Assembly: GCA_037481815.1 (NCBI GenBank) | Contig: JBBFKX010000002.1 | Location: forward strand, 224,001 to 288,000 | Direction of reading: 5' to 3' | Length of the DNA stretch: 64,000 nt | DNA from: a candidate division WOR-3 bacterium | Lineage (GTDB): Bacteria > Hydrothermota > 32-111 | Shown: positions 27,212 to 37,643 of the stretch, one piece after another | Layout: each line of letters starts with the position of its first letter | How positions within the stretch are numbered: the first letter of the stretch is position 1 | The notes under the pieces: model-generated | What the model was told of the DNA's origin: nothing | Seen by the model: the letters and a program-made list of their open reading frames with translations, nothing else | The model's database searches: none | Translations under genes and position numbers: made by a program

Positions 27212-28547
27212 CCGCAATCTCCCTCAAAAAGAGATCCTTCATTTTCTAAAATCTTTTAAAAATGAGAATTACTTTTTTGTTGGCGGTTTTGTTAGAGATT
27301 TTCTTTTAGGAAAAAAAGATTTTGAAGATTTTGATGTTTTAGTGATAACGGAAAACTTTGAAAAAGAATTATCAAATTTAAAAGTGAAACCCATCATTGT
27401 TAACGATAGGTTCAACACTTTAAGATTTTTTATTGAAGGGAAACAAATTGATATCACTTTTGCAAAATCTTTAACCGACGATTTAAAAAGACGAGATTTT
27501 ACAATAAACAGTATTGCAATGGACAATAAGGGAAACATAATCGATCCCCACGGTTACAAAAAAGATTTAAGAAAAAAAATTATAAGATTATCAAATGAAA
27601 ATTCCTTTAAAGATGATCCTTTAAGAATTTTGAGAGCGTTCAGATTCAGATATGAACTTAATTTCAAATTTTCAAAAGGATTAAGAAATTTTATCCTCGA
27701 AAGTAAATATCTTTTAAAAAATGTTGCAAAGGAAAGAATTTCTTTTGAATTAAAAAAAATTTTATCATATGAAAATGGTGAAACGATTTTCAAAGATTTA
27801 AAGGATTATGGTATACTTGAAATAATTTTTCCCGAAGTCGATAAAACCAAAAATTTCGTTCATAAAAAATTTAAAAGCAGATATTTGTTGAACCATCTTA
27901 TAAACACAGTTTTTGCTGCAAAAAAAATTTCAAAACAAAATGTTCCAGAGGAATGGAAAGTTTATTTCAAAAAATATTATTATGAAGTTTATTTAGCATC
28001 TTTTTTTCATGATATAAAAAAACCTGAATCCTTTAAAATTTTAAATAAAAGACAGACATTTTTTAACCATGATCTTCTCTCTTCAATTTATGTTGAAAAA
28101 GTTTTAAAGGAGAGTTTAAAACTCTCAAATGAAGAAACAAAAAGGATTCAAAAACTCGTCAAAAATCATATGAGACCACATTATCTTTTAAATTCCAAAA
28201 ATTTAACAGAGAAAGGACTTTATAAAATTTTAAAAGATAATGGGGATGATCTTGAAGGTCTTTTTTTAGTTTCTATGGCTGATCAACTATCAAGCGAAGG
28301 TATCTTCGATGAAAGGTATATAAAACTTTATCAGGACATAAAACTTTTTGAAAAAAAACTTAAAGATAAAAAAATAAATTTTATATCCGGTAAAGATATC
28401 CTTGAAAAATTCAAAATAAAACCTGGTCCACTCGTTGGAAAGATGATAAAAGAGGGTAACTATTTTGCGATCAAAAATTCGATAACAGATAAAGAAAAGA
28501 TCTTGGCTTACCTTGAACAGAAATTTGGAAAATTTCAAAAATCCTGA
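27192..28547 (+). CDS. cca: class II tRNA nucleotidyltransferase with HD domain (probably CC-adding)
   Basis: VGGFVRD..LG...DFD, DDLKRRDFTINSIA, DDPLRILRAFRF, ERI..EL, FHDIKKP, HMRP, PGPLVG. Confidence 0.85.
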   Translation: MMKSIIDRNLPQKEILHFLKSFKNENYFFVGGFVRDFLLGKKDFEDFDVLVITENFEKELSNLKVKPIIVNDRFNTLRFFIEGKQIDITFAKSLTDDLKRRDFTINSIAMDNKGNIIDPHGYKKDLRKKIIRLSNENSFKDDPLRILRAFRFRYELNFKFSKGLRNFILESKYLLKNVAKERISFELKKILSYENGETIFKDLKDYGILEIIFPEVDKTKNFVHKKFKSRYLLNHLINTVFAAKKISKQNVPEEWKVYFKKYYYEVYLASFFHDIKKPESFKILNKRQTFFNHDLLSSIYVEKVLKESLKLSNEETKRIQKLVKNHMRPHYLLNSKNLTEKGLYKILKDNGDDLEGLFLVSMADQLSSEGIFDERYIKLYQDIKLFEKKLKDKKINFISGKDILEKFKIKPGPLVGKMIKEGNYFAIKNSITDKEKILAYLEQKFGKFQKS

Positions 28548-29212
28548 ATTACACCATCCACAAGTTTAACAACCCTATCACCATGTTTTACAAGTTCTTC
28601 GTTATGGGTTATTATAAGAAAAGTTGTTTTTCTTTCAAAATTTATTTTTTTGAAAATTTCCATAATATTTTCAGAATTTTTCGAATCCAGGTTTCCAGTT
28701 GGTTCATCTGCGAGGATGATTTCGGGATCATTGATTAGAGCCCTTGCTATTGCAACTCTTTGTTGTTCACCGCCAGAAAGTTCGTTGGGTTTATGGTAAA
28801 TCCTATCAGAGAGAGAAAGTGAGTCTAAAAGTTCTATAGATTTTTTCTTCGATTTAAAAAAATTTTTTGTTAAAAAAAGATGTGGAAGCATCACATTTTC
28901 GTATGCAAGGAACTCGTTTAAAAGGTAGTGAAACTGAAAGATGAAACCGATCTTTTGATTTCTCCATCTCGCTTTGCTTCTATCATCAAGTGAATGTATC
29001 AGTTCATTTCTAAAAAACACCTTTCCATCCGACGGGGAATCAAGTGTTCCAAGGATATGTAAGAGTGTTGACTTACCAGCACCTGAAGGTCCAAGAATAA
29101 AAGTGATTTTTCCCTCTTCGATTTCAAGATTTATTCCTTTTAAAACATCGATTTTTTTGTCCTTTACAAAATATGATTTTTTTAAGTCGACTATTTTAAA
29201 AATACTATTCAT
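28535..29212 (-). CDS. lolD: lipoprotein-releasing system ATP-binding protein
   Basis: [53 protein letters not shown]. Confidence 0.9.
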   Translation of the reverse strand: MNSIFKIVDLKKSYFVKDKKIDVLKGINLEIEEGKITFILGPSGAGKSTLLHILGTLDSPSDGKVFFRNELIHSLDDRSKARWRNQKIGFIFQFHYLLNEFLAYENVMLPHLFLTKNFFKSKKKSIELLDSLSLSDRIYHKPNELSGGEQQRVAIARALINDPEIILADEPTGNLDSKNSENIMEIFKKINFERKTTFLIITHNEELVKHGDRVVKLVDGVIQDF

Positions 29213-30419
29213 ATTTTATCGCTCTTACTGGATCCATTTTTGATGCCTTGTACGCTGGATAAATAGTCGATACAATTGAAACAACAGAGGTAAGAATCAA
29301 AACAAAAATTACATCCCAGAATTGAACATCAACTGGGAGTTTATCCAAAAGATAAACTTCTCCAGGAAGATCAATAAACTTATACTTTGAAAGCAGAAAA
29401 CATAAAAATAACCCGAGTACTAGTCCTGCTATCGTTCCAATTATATTGATAATAAGTCCCTGATAGATATATATCCTTAAAATATCTTTTTCGGAAAGTC
29501 CCAGAGTTTTTAAAACACCGATCTCTGTTGTTTTTTCCATAACAACCATAATCAATGTTGTGATTATATTGAACGCAGCAACTATAACAACAAGTAGTAA
29601 CAGAAGAAACATTATTTTCTTTTCGAGAGCAAGTGCAGCGAATAGTGATCCGTTGAGTTCTATCCAGTTGTTCGTTCGATATGGATAACCAAGTTTTTTT
29701 TCAATTTTTTTTGCAACCTTCGGTGCGTTGTATATATCTTTTATTCTCAATTCAAGTCCAGTAACTTTACCTTTGAGGCCAAAAATTTCAGATGCTTTCT
29801 TTAAAGGTATATAAACAAGTTCAGCATTATATTGGTACATTCCTGCATCGAATATCCCCGTTACGGTAAATTCACTGATCTTTGGAATCAAAGAACCAAA
29901 AGTTTCTGTTGAACCAAAAGGGGTTGCTATTCTTACTATATCTCCTGTGTGAACTCTTAATTCTTCTGCAAGATCAACTCCCAGAATCAATTCATCATCC
30001 TTTTCAGGAAATCTTCCGAATTTCAAGTGTTTTTTGAAAATTTTGTAGGTGACACTGTCTTCGAGACAGAAACCTCTTATGATTATTCCATTCGTCCAGT
30101 TTTCAAACTGGATCAGACCTTTTGAATAGATAAAAGGTGTAATACTAACAACATCATCAAAAACTTTTAAACTGTCTTCTATTTCCTTATAGTTATCTAT
30201 CGGCTCGTTGAAATATTTTAAAACTATGATGTGGGAATTAACATCAACTATTCTTTCCTTAACATCCTTCTGGAATCCGTTCATAACAGAAAGAACAACG
30301 ATCAACGCTGCAACTCCAATGAATACTCCACCTATGGCTATTGCTGTAACAATGTAACCAAAAAAAGTTTTTCTTGCACCAAAAAGATGTTTTAACGCTA
30401 TAAAAAAAGAGTAGTTCAT
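29205..30419 (-). CDS. lolE: lipoprotein-releasing system permease (LolC/LolE family)
   Basis: GVAALIVVLSVMNGF, VAAFNII.TL.M.V.EK..EIG.LK, YPA.KA.K.DP..A..YE. Confidence 0.88.
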   Translation of the reverse strand: MNYSFFIALKHLFGARKTFFGYIVTAIAIGGVFIGVAALIVVLSVMNGFQKDVKERIVDVNSHIIVLKYFNEPIDNYKEIEDSLKVFDDVVSITPFIYSKGLIQFENWTNGIIIRGFCLEDSVTYKIFKKHLKFGRFPEKDDELILGVDLAEELRVHTGDIVRIATPFGSTETFGSLIPKISEFTVTGIFDAGMYQYNAELVYIPLKKASEIFGLKGKVTGLELRIKDIYNAPKVAKKIEKKLGYPYRTNNWIELNGSLFAALALEKKIMFLLLLLVVIVAAFNIITTLIMVVMEKTTEIGVLKTLGLSEKDILRIYIYQGLIINIIGTIAGLVLGLFLCFLLSKYKFIDLPGEVYLLDKLPVDVQFWDVIFVLILTSVVSIVSTIYPAYKASKMDPVRAIKYE

Positions 30420-31867
30420 TTTTCAGGTTTTAAAAGTGGAAAGAGAACGACATCCCTTATCGAATCCCTGTCAGTCAAAAGCATAACTGTTCTATCGATG
30501 CCGATTCCGACTCCACCAGTTGGAGGCATTCCATACATCAACGCTTCGATGTAATCCTCATCCATCACAAATGCTTCTACATCTCCAAGTTTCCTCTCCT
30601 CAATCTGTTTTAAAAATCTCTCTCTTTGATCTAAAGGATCATTGAGCTCTGAAAAGGAATTACCTATCTCCATTCCACATACGATCGCTTCGAACCTTTC
30701 AACAACTCCATCTTTTTCTCTATGTTTTCTTGCAAGAGGAGAAATTTCGATCGGATGGTTTATCACAAATGAAGGTTGAACTATTTTTTTCTGAACAAGT
30801 TCTGAAAAGAGTTCATCGAGAATTTTTCCAAAAGTTTTTTTACCTTCAATATCAACTTCAAATTTTTTCGCAACACTTTTTAACTTTTCAACAGATGCGC
30901 CTTTCAGATCCTCTCCAACCACATCGTTCAAAGAATCATAAAAATCGATACGTTTCCATGGTTTTTCAAACGATATTTCCTGATTCTGATAAACTATTTT
31001 TTTTTCAGGAACAAGTTTCAAAAACATATTCTCAACAAGTTCCATCATATCATTATAATCAGCATATGCCTGATAAAATTCAACCTGGGTGAACTCTGGA
31101 TTATGTGTCCTGTCTATTCCCTCATTTCTAAAATCTTTTGCAAACTCATAAACTCTGTTGATACCTCCAACGATCAACCTTTTCAGATAGAGTTCATTTG
31201 CTATTCTTAAATACAAAGTCATATCATGGGCGTTATGATGCGTTATAAAAGGTTGAGCAAAAGCGCCTCCATATATCGGCTGTAATATCGGAGTTTCAAC
31301 CTCTACAAAACCGTTTGAGTTTAAAAAATCTCTTATTCTGTTGATTATCTCGGTTCTTTTTAAGAAAACTTTTTTTGAATCATCGTTAACAATAAGATCA
31401 AGATATCTTTTCCTGTATCTTATCTCAATATCCTTCAAACCATGAAATTTTTCAGGTAAAGGTTTCAAAGCTTTTGAAAGTATTTCAACATCCTGAACAA
31501 AAATTGTCAACTCACCACTATGGGTTTTAAAAAGTTTTCCGGTAACTCCTATAATATCTCCTATATCATAAAATTTTACCTCATTGAATTTGTTTTCACC
31601 GATAACATCCTTTTTAATATAGAGTTGTATTCTATCGAGTTGATCTTTGATGTCCCAGAAGATAACTTTTCCATGTTTTCTTTCTGAAACTATTCTTCCT
31701 GCGATTTTTATCTGAAGATCTTTATCAAGAAAATCATCCTGTTTTTCTATGAGTTCTTTAATAGTATGGGTGAATTCAAAATTATACTTATAACATTCAA
31801 CATTCATCTTTTTAAGGTTTTCAAGATTCTCCAGCATCTGTTTTTCAAGAATGTTCATCTCATCCAT
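30416..31867 (-). CDS. lysS: lysine--tRNA ligase (class II)
   Basis: PLPEKFHGL.D.E.RYR.RYLDL, LRIANELYLKRLIVGG, FRNEGID.THNPEFT, YGMPPTGGVGIGIDR. Confidence 0.97.
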   Translation of the reverse strand: MDEMNILEKQMLENLENLKKMNVECYKYNFEFTHTIKELIEKQDDFLDKDLQIKIAGRIVSERKHGKVIFWDIKDQLDRIQLYIKKDVIGENKFNEVKFYDIGDIIGVTGKLFKTHSGELTIFVQDVEILSKALKPLPEKFHGLKDIEIRYRKRYLDLIVNDDSKKVFLKRTEIINRIRDFLNSNGFVEVETPILQPIYGGAFAQPFITHHNAHDMTLYLRIANELYLKRLIVGGINRVYEFAKDFRNEGIDRTHNPEFTQVEFYQAYADYNDMMELVENMFLKLVPEKKIVYQNQEISFEKPWKRIDFYDSLNDVVGEDLKGASVEKLKSVAKKFEVDIEGKKTFGKILDELFSELVQKKIVQPSFVINHPIEISPLARKHREKDGVVERFEAIVCGMEIGNSFSELNDPLDQRERFLKQIEERKLGDVEAFVMDEDYIEALMYGMPPTGGVGIGIDRTVMLLTDRDSIRDVVLFPLLKPEK

Positions 31868-32966
31868 TTTCTCTCCTCTCTTTTGCTTTCATTATAAGAT
31901 ACTCTTTTATAAACCTTTCAAGGTTTCCATCAAGAACATCATCAACATCACTCGTCTCATATCTTGTCCTTAAATCCTTTATCATTTTATAAGGATACAG
32001 AACATAAGATCTTATCTGGTTTCCAAACTCTATCGAACTTTTTTTCTCAAGTTTTCCCTGAAGTTTTGCTTCTTCCTGTTCTTTATAAAATTGATATACT
32101 TTTGCTTTCAAGATTTTCATAGCGTTCATTTTGTTCTGTATCTGCGATCTTTCCGTCTGTGATTTTGCGAATATACCTGTTGGAAGATGTGTTATCCTTA
32201 TAGCTGTTGAAACTTTGTTAACATTCTGTCCACCCGGGCCACCGGCTCTGAAAGCTTCAATTTTTAGATCGTTTTCGTTGAGTTCAAAGTCCGTGTTCTC
32301 TTCAATATCAGGGAGAAGATAAACTGCTGCAAACGATGTGTGCCTTCTCTGGTTAGAATCGAATGGTGATATCCTTACAAGACGATGAACCCCGATTTCC
32401 GACTTTAAATAACCATACGCATAGTCACCTTCAACTTCAACGGTCACAGATTTTATACCTGCGACATCTCCCGCTTCATAATCGATTATACTGTTTTTAA
32501 AACCTTTTCTTTGAAAAAATCTCAAGTACATTCTCAAAAGGATATCAGCCCAATCACAACTTTCTGTTCCTCCGGATCCAGGATGTATCGTTAGAATTGC
32601 ATTTGAGTTATCAAATTCATCTGTGAAAAGGAGTTCTATTTCTAAATTTTCAAGTTGTGCTTTCAAATCGTTGACCATTTTTGTCAATTCAACGATCGAT
32701 TGATCATCAACTATATCAACAAACTCATCTATGTAGAGAATATCATTTTCAATCTTTTTAAAAAGTTCTACTCTATTTTTTAAGATTTTTAAATCCTTAT
32801 TGATTTTAGCAGCTTTTTTTTGATCGTTCCAGAAATCTGGAGAGGACATTTTTTCCTGAAAATTTTTTATATCCTGTTCCCATTTAACAAGATCAACATG
32901 TTTTTTCAGATCTTCAAAAATATTATGGATACTCTGAATATCCTCTTTCAGTTTAACATCAAGCAT
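31860..32966 (-). CDS. prfB: peptide chain release factor 2 (no programmed frameshift)
   Basis: GGTESCDWA, HRLVRISPF (SPF), GGQNVNK, QIRSYV; single continuous ORF. Confidence 0.95.
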   Translation of the reverse strand: MLDVKLKEDIQSIHNIFEDLKKHVDLVKWEQDIKNFQEKMSSPDFWNDQKKAAKINKDLKILKNRVELFKKIENDILYIDEFVDIVDDQSIVELTKMVNDLKAQLENLEIELLFTDEFDNSNAILTIHPGSGGTESCDWADILLRMYLRFFQRKGFKNSIIDYEAGDVAGIKSVTVEVEGDYAYGYLKSEIGVHRLVRISPFDSNQRRHTSFAAVYLLPDIEENTDFELNENDLKIEAFRAGGPGGQNVNKVSTAIRITHLPTGIFAKSQTERSQIQNKMNAMKILKAKVYQFYKEQEEAKLQGKLEKKSSIEFGNQIRSYVLYPYKMIKDLRTRYETSDVDDVLDGNLERFIKEYLIMKAKERRENG

Positions 32967-33003
32967 AGTTTTTAATTATATTTATAAAAATGGTAAAAGT
33001 CAA
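32967..33003 (-). promoter_or_regulatory. sigma70-type promoter of prfB, near-leaderless
   Basis: TTGACT (33003-32998), 17 nt, TATAAT (32980-32975), 8 nt, ATG; no SD. Confidence 0.7.
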
Positions 33004-33009
33004 CCTTTC

Positions 33010-33411
33010 TTATTTTGAATATTTTGATACTATGAGTTTTTCGACTGTATCTCTATGTTTGCCAAACCTCACATAAACTCCTCTGAAATTTTCAAGACGG
33101 TTAGGTTTTTCAAAAGGAGAAAGAAGTATCCCTTTATCATCTATATAGTAGGATTTAAAATTTTTAAAATCATAGGTTTTCGTAGTAAAAAAAAACTTTA
33201 CCGTGATGCTCTTATCATCAATCATGTATTTCGTTGGTAAAACATAAGGCAAAAATGTTATCAAAACCGCAATCAAAGAAATAAAAATTCCAATAACTCC
33301 CAAATAAACAAAACCAACAAGAATCATCAAAAGAAAACCCAAAAATGCAATTAAATTTTTAATCACACTCTCATCTCTGATTGGAAAACTGACCCATTCA
33401 AATTTTTCCAT
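33010..33411 (-). CDS. hypothetical membrane protein
   Basis: 133 aa; two TM helices followed by a small soluble domain (PTKY...GILLSPF..P.RL.NFRG). Confidence 0.65.
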   Translation of the reverse strand: MEKFEWVSFPIRDESVIKNLIAFLGFLLMILVGFVYLGVIGIFISLIAVLITFLPYVLPTKYMIDDKSITVKFFFTTKTYDFKNFKSYYIDDKGILLSPFEKPNRLENFRGVYVRFGKHRDTVEKLIVSKYSK

Positions 33412-33886
33412 TTAAAACCTCTTTTAAACTTTTTTTCAATTTCTTCCTTACACTTTCAAAAGATTCACTTACTATCTTCGTTTCTGAGATTACAGGCATA
33501 AAATTTGTGTCTCCGGACCATCTCGGTACAATGTGTATATGGAGATGGTCTTCTACTCCCGCACCGGAAACTTTTCCATAATTAATTCCAATGTTGAATC
33601 CCTGCGGGTTGTAAGAGTTTTTTAAAATTTTTATTCCAAGTTGAACACCTTCCATCAATCCAACCAAGTTATCTTTATCAAGTTCTTCAAACTTAATATT
33701 ATGTAATAAAGGTGCAACCATTATATGTCCATTTGTGTATGGATATTTGTTGAGGATAATGATAAAATTTTTATCACGGTGTATCAACATTTTTTTTTCT
33801 GGAAAACAGAAAATACATTTTTCCATCTTCTTATCATACTTTTCAAGATATCTGATTCTCCATGGTGCATACAATCTTTTCATCAT
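33398..33886 (-). CDS. HIT family hydrolase (Ap4A phosphorylase/FHIT-like)
   Basis: [42 protein letters not shown]. Confidence 0.9.
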   Translation of the reverse strand: MMKRLYAPWRIRYLEKYDKKMEKCIFCFPEKKMLIHRDKNFIIILNKYPYTNGHIMVAPLLHNIKFEELDKDNLVGLMEGVQLGIKILKNSYNPQGFNIGINYGKVSGAGVEDHLHIHIVPRWSGDTNFMPVISETKIVSESFESVRKKLKKSLKEVLNGKI

Positions 33887-35013
33887 ACCTCCTTTATCTG
33901 TCCATAAACTCCATCGTATCCTGGTAAGAATTCTATTCTGTTTTTTCTAACTTTCAACAAAAAATTTACAAATTCTTCGTCATAAAAATCAAGTAAAGTT
34001 TTTTCATCAGCGAACGTTTTCATCTCCATTTCTGGGAAAATTTTTAAAAACTCTAAAAATGTTAACTTTTTTTTATTCTTTTTATAAACCTTATAATAGT
34101 ATTCTATTGGAAGAGAATAGAAGACCTTTTTATTCAAAATTTTACCACTCTTTTTAAAACTGTTTATTCGACTTAAAACTCCCTCTGTCAATTTTTTCCC
34201 ACAAACAGGGCAGATTTCAAAATTTTCTCCTGTTGAGAAATCACATTTTCTGTGTCCGGAAAGAAAATATTTTCCCTCCTGAGGGAAAAACTCAACAGTT
34301 CCAAAAATTTTGTTGTTTTCAAAAATATCTTTTAAAAATCTTATATCATCTTTCCAGTATTCTAAAATTGTAGATTCTCTACCGATATTTTCTGGAGAAT
34401 GGGAATCTGAGAATGAAACGAAAGTAAAGTTTTTGATCATATCTACAGATATACACATAAAAGGATCAGAGGAAAGACCTGTTTCAAGTGCGGAAAAAAA
34501 ATCTTTTTTAACAGGTAAATAGGAGTACCCTGATTTACACCCAAATAGGCCAAAATGTGGTGTCCAGATATGTGCAGGTATTATCAGAATATCCTCTGAG
34601 ATATTCTTCAGTATTTCAACGGTTTCTTTTAAATCTTTCTTAACAATCCCTCTGCCATCACTATCAAAATTTGAACAATCAGAAAATATTTTTTTTACTT
34701 TATAGATTTTTTCAAAATCTGGAAAAATTAACATAAGATGTATCTTTTTACCAGTTTCTTCTTTATAGAAGAGAGAGATTTCGGTGGTAAGCAAAATTTT
34801 TGTTCCGTTGTAAGAATAAACACCATATCCAATTTCTTTCAAATTTTTTTTCGCATCTTCAAACATCAAAGGATGAAGTATATCGGAACTTCCAATAACA
34901 TCTATCCCTTTCATTTTTGCAAACTCTGAAAAGTTTTTTAGATCACCATTTTTAGAAGATGCAAGCGAATATTTTGAATGTAGATGTAAATCAAGAAAAA
35001 TCATTTTTTGCAT
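33883..35013 (-). CDS. endonuclease Q family (PHP domain) protein
   Basis: [54 protein letters not shown]. Confidence 0.85.
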   Translation of the reverse strand: MQKMIFLDLHLHSKYSLASSKNGDLKNFSEFAKMKGIDVIGSSDILHPLMFEDAKKNLKEIGYGVYSYNGTKILLTTEISLFYKEETGKKIHLMLIFPDFEKIYKVKKIFSDCSNFDSDGRGIVKKDLKETVEILKNISEDILIIPAHIWTPHFGLFGCKSGYSYLPVKKDFFSALETGLSSDPFMCISVDMIKNFTFVSFSDSHSPENIGRESTILEYWKDDIRFLKDIFENNKIFGTVEFFPQEGKYFLSGHRKCDFSTGENFEICPVCGKKLTEGVLSRINSFKKSGKILNKKVFYSLPIEYYYKVYKKNKKKLTFLEFLKIFPEMEMKTFADEKTLLDFYDEEFVNFLLKVRKNRIEFLPGYDGVYGQIKEV

Positions 35014-35732
35014 ACAACAAGTCCTCTTTCGGAGTAATCGTTCAATTTTTTCATCGTAGAAAAATCGTAAAAATCAACAGTTTGAAAACCTGCTTTTTTT
35101 AAACCATCCTCCAATTCCTCAGGGAATATAGCTCTTTCACTAAAAACAAAAGATTCGGTTTTCTTATTAAAAAACTCTATCCTCAAATTCAAAGTACATA
35201 TTCTACTTTCCGGATCATATTCGGTATCCCAGAAGGAGATAAAACCATTCCCATCTCGAATCTGTGAATTTTTTGACATAAGATCAAGTCCAAACTCTGT
35301 GTTAAAATCAAAAATAAAAATTGCATCATCTTTAAGGATATTAAATACATTTGAAAAAAAGATTGTTATATTTTCTTCTGTAATATGGTTTACAGTATCA
35401 TACATACATATTGCAAGATCAAATTTCTTTTTGATACTTAGTTTAAGAATATCACAACAAACAAATGTTGAGATATTCCTGTAATTTTTCTTTTGCGCTT
35501 CTTTTAACATTTCAATTGAAAGATCAACGAGAGTTACATTGAATCCATATTCGGAAAGATGTTTTGAAAGATTTCCTGTTCCAGCACCCAAATCGATTAA
35601 CTCTTTACCTTTAACTTTGAAACCTTTACAAACATTATAGATGTTTTCTGCCCATATTTTATATGGAACCATACTCATAAAAGAGTCATATAAATTGGCT
35701 ATTCCATCGTAATCGAAGATAATCCTATCCAT
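35001..35732 (-). CDS. class I SAM-dependent methyltransferase
   Basis: [28 protein letters not shown]. Confidence 0.85.
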   Translation of the reverse strand: MDRIIFDYDGIANLYDSFMSMVPYKIWAENIYNVCKGFKVKGKELIDLGAGTGNLSKHLSEYGFNVTLVDLSIEMLKEAQKKNYRNISTFVCCDILKLSIKKKFDLAICMYDTVNHITEENITIFFSNVFNILKDDAIFIFDFNTEFGLDLMSKNSQIRDGNGFISFWDTEYDPESRICTLNLRIEFFNKKTESFVFSERAIFPEELEDGLKKAGFQTVDFYDFSTMKKLNDYSERGLVVCKK

Positions 35733-36663
35733 TCTTTAGTATTTTATCAAGAATCTCCATCACCTCTGAGTAATCGGTTGTTCTGTTAATCCTTTCTTTG
35801 AAAATTTTTATATTCTTAACACCTTTTAAATACCAGTGAAAATGTTTCCTCATTATATAGATGTTTTCTTTTTTCTTTCCATCATCTGTTGCAAGTTTAT
35901 AGTGTTCCTTTAAAACTTTTATCTTTTCTTCAAGTGATGGTATCTCATATTTCCCGCTTTTCAAATAATCTTTTATCTGTTTAAAAATCCACGGATTTCC
36001 AAGAGTTGCTCTTCCAATCATTATCGAATCCACTTTTGATTCTTCCCATAATCTTACAGCATCCTCCGGATTTTGTATATCACCGTTTCCAACAACCGGA
36101 ATGTTAATGTTTTCCTTAACAAGTTTTATCGAATTCCAATCCGCTTTTCCAGAAAACAACGATGTTGCAATCCTTCCGTGAACAGTTATAAAAGTTACAC
36201 CACAATCCTGAAGTATTTGAGCGATTTTAATCCCTTTATCGGTATTGTATCCTAATCGCATCTTACACGATACCGGTAATCTTGTTGAAGAAACAACTGA
36301 AATTATTGCATCCTTCAGATTTCTGAAATCTTTGAGCAACGCAGAACCGTATCCCTGTTTTATCACCTTTTTTACAGAACATCCCAGATTTATATCTATG
36401 AAATCTGGAGAAAGTTCATTCAGTTTCATCGTAGCATTTGAAAGAATTTCTGGATCTTTACCAAAAATTTGAATTCCAAAAGGTCTTTCCTCTTCAGTAA
36501 AATATGTCAACAGAAAAGTTTTTTTTGAGTTTCTGTACAACCCATCTGCTGAAATCAATTCGCTGTATGTGAAATCAGCTCCAAACTTTTTGCATATCCT
36601 TCTGAAATATGTATCCGTTATTCCTGCAAGGGGAGCTAAAAAGATTTTCCCTCTAACATCCAT
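35725..36663 (-). CDS. dusB: tRNA-dihydrouridine synthase
   Basis: LAPLAGITD, QIFG, IDINLGC, GSALL, VHGR, GNGDI, MIGRA.LGNPWIF. Confidence 0.92.
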   Translation of the reverse strand: MDVRGKIFLAPLAGITDTYFRRICKKFGADFTYSELISADGLYRNSKKTFLLTYFTEEERPFGIQIFGKDPEILSNATMKLNELSPDFIDINLGCSVKKVIKQGYGSALLKDFRNLKDAIISVVSSTRLPVSCKMRLGYNTDKGIKIAQILQDCGVTFITVHGRIATSLFSGKADWNSIKLVKENINIPVVGNGDIQNPEDAVRLWEESKVDSIMIGRATLGNPWIFKQIKDYLKSGKYEIPSLEEKIKVLKEHYKLATDDGKKKENIYIMRKHFHWYLKGVKNIKIFKERINRTTDYSEVMEILDKILKNG

Positions 36664-37587
36664 CTATTCAATAATAGAATCAAAATCGATGAAATTTAAA
36701 GGATTTACTTTATCGTTTGCTATCCTGACCTCATAATGGAGATGTGTTCCAGTTGATCTTCCAGTACTACCCATATAACCGATGAGTTGATGCCTTTTTA
36801 CTTTATCCCCGACTTTTACTTTAAAAGAATTCAAATGTGCATAAACTGTTATATAACCATAACCATGATCTATCTTCAAAGTTTTTCCATATCCAGGCAA
36901 ATAGTCAGCAAAAATAACCTCTCCATCCGCTGAAGCATAAATTGGAGGAGCTGATTGGTTCGCTATATCAAGACCAGTATGGAACTCAGGTGTTTTAGTA
37001 AATGGATCCAATCTGTAACCAAAACCACTCATTATAGTTCCATTCGTTGGGAATATTGAAGGTGTGTGTTTTAAAAGTTTATATTGTTCCTGAAGTGCAT
37101 TTTCTATTTTTGAAAAGTTTTTCCTTTCAAAATCTATAATCTTATCAAGATGCATAATTTTTTGATCCACATTCGTTATCAATCTTTTTGTTAAAAGATC
37201 AAATTTTTTAAATCTCGCATCCTCTATCTGATAACCACCAAGACCGAGTTGTCTTATATCATCGGATAAAGGATCAAGATTTGCAAGAATTCTCAGTTTT
37301 TTTTCATAATCGATCAAAACATTCATCTTCTCGATATTCTGTTCAAGAACATTGAGATTCTTTGCAATCGATGATATGTAGAAATCTCTTTTCGAATAAA
37401 TTTCAATCAAGGATTCAGGGTTCAGATTGTTAACGTATGAGAATATAAGAACTGATGAGGAAAATAAGAGAAGAAAAGACAGAGTTAAAAAGAAAATTTT
37501 AATTTTTTGAACTTCGAAATTGAGAATTATAGGTTTACCTGAAGAAATATATTCGTTGTGCAGTATTATCGAAATTCTTTTTTTCAT
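36664..37587 (-). CDS. M23 family metallopeptidase
   Basis: N-terminal TM plus coiled coil; HTGLD, YAHL, GRSTGTHLHYEV. Confidence 0.92.
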   Translation of the reverse strand: MKKRISIILHNEYISSGKPIILNFEVQKIKIFFLTLSFLLLFSSSVLIFSYVNNLNPESLIEIYSKRDFYISSIAKNLNVLEQNIEKMNVLIDYEKKLRILANLDPLSDDIRQLGLGGYQIEDARFKKFDLLTKRLITNVDQKIMHLDKIIDFERKNFSKIENALQEQYKLLKHTPSIFPTNGTIMSGFGYRLDPFTKTPEFHTGLDIANQSAPPIYASADGEVIFADYLPGYGKTLKIDHGYGYITVYAHLNSFKVKVGDKVKRHQLIGYMGSTGRSTGTHLHYEVRIANDKVNPLNFIDFDSIIE

Positions 37588-37622
37588 AAAATTTATTATA
37601 AGAATGTTTTTTTACAAGTCAA
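37588..37622 (-). promoter_or_regulatory. sigma70-type promoter of the M23 operon, probably leaderless
   Basis: TTGACT (37622-37617), 16 nt, TATAAT (37600-37595), 7 nt, ATG. Confidence 0.7.
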
Positions 37623-37643
37623 TAAAAAATTTTAATTTTCCTA

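Noticed and set aside
32880..32910. Programmed +1 frameshift in prfB
   Set aside because: The expected CTT-TGA-C site is absent; the region reads CAT GTT GAT CTT in one continuous 368-aa frame.
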